IMG/VR virus record: IMGVR_UViG_3300012665_000528
Coordinates: 1 to 64,000 of that record
Reading direction: 5' to 3' (one strand)
From: a virus
Lineage: Duplodnaviria; Caudoviricetes
Length of the DNA: 64,000 bases
This document shows positions 53,601-61,712 of the stretch, in pieces. Made by a program: the position numbers and the translations under genes. The notes under the pieces were generated by a model that saw only the letters and a program-made list of their open reading frames with translations, did no database searches and was not told the DNA's origin. Numbering within the stretch: the stretch's first letter is position 1; each line of letters starts with the position of its first letter.

Positions 53601-56600
53601 TTATCCGCAAGGATTTATATTAGGTAAGTTATTAATATCGTTTTGGTTAGGAGTTGTAGAGGACTGAGATACTTGAATTCTAGGTGTAGCACCTGTGTGA
53701 TATATTGTAAACTTAGCTCCTATTTCTTGTAAGTAATCTATAAATTGAGAGTCTACATTAGGCATGTCTCCTACTACAAAAGTTGCTCCTTGTTCGGATA
53801 GTACTTTAATTTTTCTTTTTGTTTCTGCAGACAACACTTGTCCTGCAAGCTTTCCATTTCTTGCTAGCATTACAACTAACGATTGACCTTTTAGTTTAAT
53901 AGAAGCGGAATCTATCTCATTAACATATTTATTCTTGTCTCCATCTAGATATCTTGCTCCTGAAGTATTAGGTTCTTCTCCTTGTTTTTGAGCTATTTCT
54001 TTAGCAGAAGTCAAAGTAGAACCTTTACCATTCTTAGAAAGTTCTCCTATAAATACATTAGCAACTTGTCTCATTGCTTTATCCTTACCATCTCCTTGTG
54101 GAGTTCCTTTACCTGTGTTTTCAAAACCACCTTGGTATCCTTGGAATCCTTGAACAGTAATAGACGGTTGAGTAGGTTTATTTACTACTTCAAACTCTAT
54201 AGCATAAGGATATTGACCTACATTTTTATCAGTTACAGATTTTACCCATCCTTCTTTTTGCCAGGTAGCATCTTGATATTCTTGTGTAAATGGAGTAACT
54301 TTAGTAATTCTAGTATATACTTGTCTTCCTGTTTTATCAGTCATTCTTATAACTTTACCTACAAGATCTGATATTTTAGATAAACCATAATCCTTAGACA
54401 TTCTTTGTATGTCAGTATTAGCTCTAGTAGTTCTAGTTCTATCCCCTGATATAATAAGATCCATAGTAGACTTTCCTTTAAACTGCGGTTGCATTTGACC
54501 GCCTTGACCATCTGCAAAGTTTTGTGCTATAGGTGTTAGTTTATCTGCTAGGTTAAATTCATCAACACTAGTAGATGGTTGAGTAGCCTCAGTAGGCATA
54601 CTCTCAGGTGAGTATACGCTGCGTTCTAGTGTAATCAAACTCTTTACTACTGAGTCCTGTAACCTCATAGTTTTTAACTTCTCTGGGTTTGTTCTAGCTA
54701 AGAAGTCTATACTTGTAGTTATAGGTGATAGTGTAGTACTGAACATCTTAGTAGCATATCTTACGAGAGTCAAATAGGACTTGAACTTTTGTGGTTCTTC
54801 TTTCCTCATTGTTTCCAACTCGTTGTGCGATTTAGTTGTAAACTCTATGTAAGCTTCATGTGGAACAATAGCAGATACGTTGTCAGTATTAAAGTGACCC
54901 CCGTACTGCATAAACGAACCTAGTGCTAAGTCAGTAAAGAATTCTTTGACTTCAGGTATTGAACTGTTCAATCCCTCTAAGAATGCCGTTCTGTATAATT
55001 TGTTAGTCTCAGGCACTACAACGTTCTTTAACTTAAAGTTTATCTCTCCAGACAAATGTATTTCTGGGTAGAGATTTTGTACTACGTAATTCCTATTAAA
55101 GTCAGGGTCGCTAATCAATACTTCAAATCTCTTTGCTAAGTTGTTAGGGTTTGTCTTTTGCATAACCCCGTTCTTACCTCTATAGTAATCTAGTAAGTTA
55201 CCCTTCTCGTTAGTAGCTGTCTTTTGAGTGTAGTTAAAAAGTAAGTTTGTCTTTAACCTCTTGATAGCTTTGATGCGATCTTCTTGCCCTACAATACTAT
55301 TCTTGTCTAAGAAGGTGTTTATAGTCTCGTGAACTTCTGTAGAGTCAGACAACGGGTAAATCTTACCCATAATCTCCTGCACAAATCCACTAACATTAAA
55401 CTGAGCTAATGCAGACTTGTTAAACATAAAGTCAATTGCATCAACATTAAAGTTTTCTTTCAAACCACCCTCTTTAGCTACAGTGTCTGTACTTTGGAAT
55501 GAAGTTCTATAGTTTGTAGTATTGAAATCACTTATACTAGTTAACTCCCTTAGTCCTCCTTGTTGAGCTACAACTACACCAAACTGCAACAAGTAGGCAA
55601 TATTTCTCATTGCTTTGTCTTCCGCACTAAGTTCTGCACTGGGATTAAAGTTTGTAATGTATTGACTAAGTGTAGGTATGCCTAACATCTTCTCAATGTA
55701 TATAGCTAACTTAGGTTTAGATCCTTTGATACCAGCAGTTTTAATCTCAGCTTCAATGCTAGCAACAAACTTTTCTAAATTTTTATTACCTGCTTTTGGT
55801 ATGTTGTTTTTAATTAATGCTAGAATAGCTGAGTTCTTACTAACAAATACATCAGAAAGTTTCTTATGCACCTCTGCTCTATCTGATATTGTTAGAGCTA
55901 GTTTTATTACATCAGAGTTCAAGAAGTCCAATATATCTTCTACAGGCGTTCCTGCAAGAATCATTGCGTGAGCCAATGGACTTGTCTGCTCGTTAAGTCC
56001 TAGAAGAATAATCCAGTCTTCATTTGCAATGTCCACGTGTCCATTTACAAACTCACTCAATACCTTAGATATACGATTTTTTCCTACGGCATCTTTTTTT
56101 CCACCCAACATTATCTGACCCTCAGCATTTCTATTTGCTCTAAAGTAATAACTGTTGAACAAACTAGAAGTATACGTTAGTCCTGCCCTCTGAAACTCCT
56201 TCTGAAGAGTGTTTATCTTAGCATCAATACCTAATGCATCCTTAGAAAGAATGTTCTCTAAGAAGATTCTCCAAGAAGTCATTGGATTAAATACATCAGT
56301 AGAAGTAATCTTCTTACCTGGTTTTACATACTGGGTAAGAATGCTATTATTATTAGGTGTAGTCAAAGAGTCGTATAACTCTCCTGTCTTGAGTACTCCT
56401 TTGATTGTATTTATGAGTTCGTTGTGTAATGACTTTTTAAAATTGTCTACTACTGCAATCTCACTCTTTACTTCTTTAATGTCTTTTCTTACTTCTGCTA
56501 ATATAGACAACGCTTCGAATGAATTCTCCCTATCTAGTTTACCTAACTCGGCAAACTTACGGGCAATTTTTTTCTTCTCCTTGCGTATACCAACCAATAC

Positions 56601-59600
56601 ATCTGCTTCTTCTTGTGTAACAAACTTATCTACAAGTAGATTGTTGATACTTTCAAGTAACTCATCAATCTCTATATTCAAATCATTGATGTCGTCCTTG
56701 ATGTCTTGACGTTGTTGGTAGATAGGATTCTCACCTATCTCTGCACGCATCTCTTGTTGGATAGCTTTTAATCTAGCTGCACTTATCTTTAACTCTTTTT
56801 GTCTAGACAACTGGTCGGTGTACTCTTGTACGTCAAACTCCCTTTGAATCACTTCTCCTGACTCGTCTAAAGCGGTCATAAAGAAAGTTAACTTATCAAT
56901 GTCGTAGTCACCTCCTGTTTTAGTTACTATCTGTGCAGGAAGAATCATTACTGCACCTGCAGATTCGTCAAGGAACTCCCTTACGATAGCATACTCCATT
57001 TGAGAAAAGTTTCCTACTGGAATACGAACTCCCACCATAGTAAGTTTATCTTGATGCAGTTCTTTCCAACTAGTGGCAGCTTGAGTATCAGAGGTCAAAA
57101 TACTATTCAACGTCTGAAGTGTTCCTATCCTCTTGCCTTCGTACGTTAGATTAAGTAATGCCCCATGCTTCTTAGGATTAAACGAAATCATAACCTCCAT
57201 AGGATCTGTCTCTCCTGTAGTAGGATTAAGGGTGTAAAACTTAAGACTGTTTGCTCCGTAAAGTTTTAGTTGCTCTTGAGTAGGGTTGGCAAATCTTAAT
57301 CTCTCTAATCCTGTACCAGCCACTTGAATAAAACTATCTCCATTGATTTTCTGAGAAATGATTTTATTGTTGAAGATGTTTAGGATAAGAGATTCAATCT
57401 CTGCTCTATCGTTGTTTGCATCTAAAGGATTAATAAAGTTACCTGCATCATCTACTTTAATGTAGTTACGTAAACCGTCAGAAACTTCCTTCTCTTCAAA
57501 CTGCTCTGCAATAAATCTAGCCAACTGAAGCTGATTGATATCTTCAATCACTCCGTTAGTTCTAGTTATGCCTAACTTCTTTTCTAATTTGATTGTCTCA
57601 AACTGTACTAAGTTGTTTAGTTGTCCTGTAAATTGACTGTATAAATTACCAATACTTGCTTGGGTCTCTGGACTAAAGTCTTGTGATATTGTTCCAAACT
57701 CATAGAAGTCCCCAAACAACAACTTCATCATCTGAGTTGCTAACGTACTTTCTTCCTTGTATTTAGGAGCTTGGTACTGCTGCTCACGTAGGTTTTCTAT
57801 ATGAATAGTAGTAACTAAACTATCGTCTATAGCTTGTTTTACTTCTAAATATTCTATGCCATTGCGTGTTACTTTCTCATAAAAGTCAGAAGGCTCTGCG
57901 TTGTCAGACATCTTAGAACCTGACTTAAACGTAAAGTAATTTACTTGACCATTATACATAACAACCATCTGCTTCTCCATTTGTCTACCTTCTACCACAC
58001 TAGGTATCATAGGTATTAAAGAGAACTTATGTAATGCTACTTGCTTAGGGTCTCTTTCTGTAGGACCAAAGTGACCTAACTTTAACGGAGGAAAGGGAGA
58101 CAAACCAGTAGAATTGATTAGGTTTGTTTTCTCTCTTATTAACTCCTGACTGTTTGTAGGGTTGTTGCGTAACTCTTGATTAATTTCTGCTATACGGACT
58201 TGCTGATGATAAGCTTTTTCCTGCTTGTCTGCATCCCATCTACCAATACTAATTAAATAGTTTCTATAAAAGTCAAGTGTAACTACTCCTTGTGCATCTG
58301 CTTCTTTAGGATTGTTTACATAAGCGTCAAACTCTGTTTTCTCTTCTGCAGTTAATGAATCCCAGTTGCCACTATCGTAGACTTGTTTGTAATTCTCAAA
58401 GTCACTCTCACTAAAAGTAAGTACATCTTTGTAAACAACTGTACGAACTACAGGATTAAATTTATTCTCAACTCCCGTATATGCTACACTTAAAGCATCT
58501 TGCCAAATGTCAGCATCAAAGAAATCTTGTAACGCAGCGTCCCAGAATACAGGACTACCTGGAGATGCTGCAAATGCAGGTCGTTTAAACAACTCTCTGT
58601 AATCTGCTTTAACATTAAAGTTAGACATATCTCCGATAAAGAACTTTAAAAATTCTACATTGTTGATGAAGGCATTCTTTAACATTACTTGTACTAAGTA
58701 AGGAAGATTCTCACCCGTAATAACAGGTGGATTTTTTCTATCGGCAGCTGGTAGTAACTGAGCGTTAATCATATTTAACCGAGTCAATGATGCTGCGGTT
58801 TGTCTTAAACGTTCTCCTTCTGATATTGTCTGTCCTGTAAATAAACTTACGGGAGTTGATAATATATCTACAATGTTTTGTGTTAACTCAGCACCTTTAT
58901 CTGCAAAGTAAGTAGCTAACGACTGAGGTAATGCAGCTACAGCTTTGTGGTATCCAGCTATAAGAGCTTCTTTGGTAGTTGCTTGTGTAATTTCCTGTAC
59001 AATGTCTGCAGGTAGAATATCACTAAAGATGAATAGGTTCCTAGCATTTTTATTATAAGTAGTCTTTACTGCAGTATCTCCCTCTTCTATTGCATTTGAT
59101 ATCCTAGTAACTTCTGATATTAAATAATTCTTGAATGCATTAACCAACTCTGGCTCTACGGGTATATCTGTAACAGGTTGTTTAATAAGACCAATGTTGA
59201 TAGGTACATAGATTTTTTCTGCAAGAATAGGATTAGAAAAACTAGTACTAAAAGAAGCCGTCTTATCTCCAAAACGCATGTTCTCTATCTCTGTAGATTG
59301 AAAGAAACTAACAACGTCTTGAATGATTTTATCTCCAGGATGTAGATTGGTTGTATGACCGCCAAAGTTATCTGACTCAAAGTCTTTAAGTTCTAGACCT
59401 CCAAAGTCAGTTACATTGATTGTACGTGGTCCTGTAGTCTTGTCTACGACTTTACTATAACTACTTAATGGATTCTTTTCTATCTCTGCTTTAGTTAAGG
59501 GTAATCCAAACAAACGGTTTAACCAAATAGATCCAAGCATATCTGGATTTCTTCTATAGTCAAAGCGAGCATAGGCAGGTTGGCTTATTAGTTCTTCGTA

Positions 59601-61709
59601 ATTCTTAGCTTTGTTTACTGCGGCAGCTTGTTGAGTCATAAATGACCAAGGAGAACGTATAAACTTTTTCTTCTGTTCTGCAGTTGTGTATGCTGTAGGT
59701 CTAGACTCTACCTCAAAACTTGAAAAGAACTTAGTAAAAGGATTTAACTCTGTCTCTTTCTTTTGTAAGTACGCAGTAGCTTTTGTTACATCGTAACTTA
59801 CTACTCTATCTGCAACTGCTTTCTTAAGAGCCTGTGAGATGCTACTTACGTCTACTCTCCAGTTCTTAAAAGAAGTTGTCTCAGTACCTGCAATACGTCT
59901 GTCAATAAAACTTTCAACTAAAGCTTCTTGCAGTGAAGATACCTCATAGCCTCTTTCTTTAATCTTCTCAAGTGCTTCTTCTTTAGTTGTACTGAAAGAA
60001 ATAATCTTATCAATCAAGTCATCAGCTTCTGCAAGTTCTACCGCATTCATGCTTGCTTGACCTGTCTTAGTAATATCTAGAGTTCTAGGTATCTTTCTGC
60101 CGTCAGGAAAGGTACGTGTGTCAGTACCAATAATATAGGTAAGAGGTCTATAAATTTTAATCTGATCTGCAGGATCTAAGTTGGCATTGATAGCAGCAGT
60201 TACACGTAACTTCTGGAAGATAGTTGTTAACTGTGAAAGGTTATCAACTATAAACTTTGTAGTCAAATCTTTGTTGGTAGCTCTTAGGTAGTCTTGGTTA
60301 TTTAAACCTAATCCAAGGTCTTGTAAAAAAGTCAACAAGGCAGCCATGCGGTTATCTGTCATGTACAGATTCATGTCACTCTTCCTTGCTAACCCAGCTG
60401 CTATGTTCTTAAATGTCTGTTCGTAATTTGCAACTAAAGCTGCTACGTTTAAGTACTGCTCACCTTCTTCATCAATAAGTTTATACTTTGGTCTGTATAA
60501 AAAGTATTGTCCATCATATTGACTTAGAATATTGCGTACGTTTTGGAAGCCTTTCTTCTGCATCGTACTAGCAATTACTCCGTTATCCTTAACCGAGATA
60601 TCAATTACATTAGAAACTACTTCGGGGTTGCTTAAAATACCTTTAAACGCAGACACCAAGACCATCTTCTTAATATCCTTTGTAGATCCTTTTACTGTAG
60701 GATCTGGCATCTCGGATAATAGATACTCAAACTGAGGATACTTCTTAGAAAGATTAAGTATAATATCATACATCTCAGGGTAAGTATTAATACCTGATAA
60801 TTTGTCACTTAGAATTTTCCAGTTCTTTAGGAAGTCTCCGCTCTTAGGTAGTCCTAATAAATTACCCTCTACCTGAATAGCATTACCTGGACGTACTAAC
60901 CCTCCCTCTACTTCACTACGTAGTGAATTCCTATAGGAAGGTAGTGCTGTTACTAATGCAATGACTGCACTCCCTGCTCTTTCTATTTGTGACTTCTCTT
61001 TAGTTCTCCAATCCTCAGAATCTTCGTTCTTTACTTCAAGTTCTTCTACACCAACAATTCCTTCTTGAGACAAATACCAGTCTACAAACTTGTCAAAGTT
61101 CTGTATAATTTTTTCTAGGTTAACAACCTTTGCGAGGTCTCCCTCAAACTGCCTATTCTCTTGGAACCTAGAAAGTATCTCATTCCTTTTGTCTACTAAA
61201 CCTGTAAAGACTGATGTCCAGTTTTTACCATAACCTACTAAGAACTGAAAGGTATCATAAATCTCTTGTGCTTCTTCAGGTGCAAAGTGTATAGGAGTTA
61301 CGTTACCATCAATCTCAGCATCAAAAAAGTTGATAGCCATACTACTAGGAGTATTGATAGCAGCTTTAATGCGTTCTTGTAATTCTCTAACACGTTGTCT
61401 TTGTTTCTCTTGAGAGTCAACTACTTGATCTACAGAGTATCTGCCTTCAGCATCGGCAACATATTGATTTTGAAAGTTCTTCTGTAAAGTACGAGCTACT
61501 AACTCTAAGGCAACCTTTCTATTACCTTGTGTAATTGGATGAACCATTAAAGCCTCATAAAGAGGATTGTCTATTACCTCATCACCGACTTTAATTTTAT
61601 CCAGGGGTTGTTCATTGTTCTGTGTCCATACATAATATACAGCAGAGGGGGTTAGAAACTCTAAGTATTCTTTCTCGTAATCAGTACCTTTAATGCTACA
61701 AGCGTTCAT
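53601..61709 (-). CDS. Virion-packaged crAss-type RNA polymerase (single polypeptide) with C-terminal accessory domains
   Basis: TGGDYDIDKL metal-binding motif at 56892-56915 preceded by VGVRIP; EADAQG and LHKFSL segments; 2702 aa. Confidence 0.9.
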   Translation of the reverse strand: MNACSIKGTDYEKEYLEFLTPSAVYYVWTQNNEQPLDKIKVGDEVIDNPLYEALMVHPITQGNRKVALELVARTLQKNFQNQYVADAEGRYSVDQVVDSQEKQRQRVRELQERIKAAINTPSSMAINFFDAEIDGNVTPIHFAPEEAQEIYDTFQFLVGYGKNWTSVFTGLVDKRNEILSRFQENRQFEGDLAKVVNLEKIIQNFDKFVDWYLSQEGIVGVEELEVKNEDSEDWRTKEKSQIERAGSAVIALVTALPSYRNSLRSEVEGGLVRPGNAIQVEGNLLGLPKSGDFLKNWKILSDKLSGINTYPEMYDIILNLSKKYPQFEYLLSEMPDPTVKGSTKDIKKMVLVSAFKGILSNPEVVSNVIDISVKDNGVIASTMQKKGFQNVRNILSQYDGQYFLYRPKYKLIDEEGEQYLNVAALVANYEQTFKNIAAGLARKSDMNLYMTDNRMAALLTFLQDLGLGLNNQDYLRATNKDLTTKFIVDNLSQLTTIFQKLRVTAAINANLDPADQIKIYRPLTYIIGTDTRTFPDGRKIPRTLDITKTGQASMNAVELAEADDLIDKIISFSTTKEEALEKIKERGYEVSSLQEALVESFIDRRIAGTETTSFKNWRVDVSSISQALKKAVADRVVSYDVTKATAYLQKKETELNPFTKFFSSFEVESRPTAYTTAEQKKKFIRSPWSFMTQQAAAVNKAKNYEELISQPAYARFDYRRNPDMLGSIWLNRLFGLPLTKAEIEKNPLSSYSKVVDKTTGPRTINVTDFGGLELKDFESDNFGGHTTNLHPGDKIIQDVVSFFQSTEIENMRFGDKTASFSTSFSNPILAEKIYVPINIGLIKQPVTDIPVEPELVNAFKNYLISEVTRISNAIEEGDTAVKTTYNKNARNLFIFSDILPADIVQEITQATTKEALIAGYHKAVAALPQSLATYFADKGAELTQNIVDILSTPVSLFTGQTISEGERLRQTAASLTRLNMINAQLLPAADRKNPPVITGENLPYLVQVMLKNAFINNVEFLKFFIGDMSNFNVKADYRELFKRPAFAASPGSPVFWDAALQDFFDADIWQDALSVAYTGVENKFNPVVRTVVYKDVLTFSESDFENYKQVYDSGNWDSLTAEEKTEFDAYVNNPKEADAQGVVTLDFYRNYLISIGRWDADKQEKAYHQQVRIAEINQELRNNPTNSQELIREKTNLINSTGLSPFPPLKLGHFGPTERDPKQVALHKFSLIPMIPSVVEGRQMEKQMVVMYNGQVNYFTFKSGSKMSDNAEPSDFYEKVTRNGIEYLEVKQAIDDSLVTTIHIENLREQQYQAPKYKEESTLATQMMKLLFGDFYEFGTISQDFSPETQASIGNLYSQFTGQLNNLVQFETIKLEKKLGITRTNGVIEDINQLQLARFIAEQFEEKEVSDGLRNYIKVDDAGNFINPLDANNDRAEIESLILNIFNNKIISQKINGDSFIQVAGTGLERLRFANPTQEQLKLYGANSLKFYTLNPTTGETDPMEVMISFNPKKHGALLNLTYEGKRIGTLQTLNSILTSDTQAATSWKELHQDKLTMVGVRIPVGNFSQMEYAIVREFLDESAGAVMILPAQIVTKTGGDYDIDKLTFFMTALDESGEVIQREFDVQEYTDQLSRQKELKISAARLKAIQQEMRAEIGENPIYQQRQDIKDDINDLNIEIDELLESINNLLVDKFVTQEEADVLVGIRKEKKKIARKFAELGKLDRENSFEALSILAEVRKDIKEVKSEIAVVDNFKKSLHNELINTIKGVLKTGELYDSLTTPNNNSILTQYVKPGKKITSTDVFNPMTSWRIFLENILSKDALGIDAKINTLQKEFQRAGLTYTSSLFNSYYFRANRNAEGQIMLGGKKDAVGKNRISKVLSEFVNGHVDIANEDWIILLGLNEQTSPLAHAMILAGTPVEDILDFLNSDVIKLALTISDRAEVHKKLSDVFVSKNSAILALIKNNIPKAGNKNLEKFVASIEAEIKTAGIKGSKPKLAIYIEKMLGIPTLSQYITNFNPSAELSAEDKAMRNIAYLLQFGVVVAQQGGLRELTSISDFNTTNYRTSFQSTDTVAKEGGLKENFNVDAIDFMFNKSALAQFNVSGFVQEIMGKIYPLSDSTEVHETINTFLDKNSIVGQEDRIKAIKRLKTNLLFNYTQKTATNEKGNLLDYYRGKNGVMQKTNPNNLAKRFEVLISDPDFNRNYVVQNLYPEIHLSGEINFKLKNVVVPETNKLYRTAFLEGLNSSIPEVKEFFTDLALGSFMQYGGHFNTDNVSAIVPHEAYIEFTTKSHNELETMRKEEPQKFKSYLTLVRYATKMFSTTLSPITTSIDFLARTNPEKLKTMRLQDSVVKSLITLERSVYSPESMPTEATQPSTSVDEFNLADKLTPIAQNFADGQGGQMQPQFKGKSTMDLIISGDRTRTTRANTDIQRMSKDYGLSKISDLVGKVIRMTDKTGRQVYTRITKVTPFTQEYQDATWQKEGWVKSVTDKNVGQYPYAIEFEVVNKPTQPSITVQGFQGYQGGFENTGKGTPQGDGKDKAMRQVANVFIGELSKNGKGSTLTSAKEIAQKQGEEPNTSGARYLDGDKNKYVNEIDSASIKLKGQSLVVMLARNGKLAGQVLSAETKRKIKVLSEQGATFVVGDMPNVDSQFIDYLQEIGAKFTIYHTGATPRIQVSQSSTTPNQNDINNLPNINPCG

Positions 61710-61712
61710 TTT

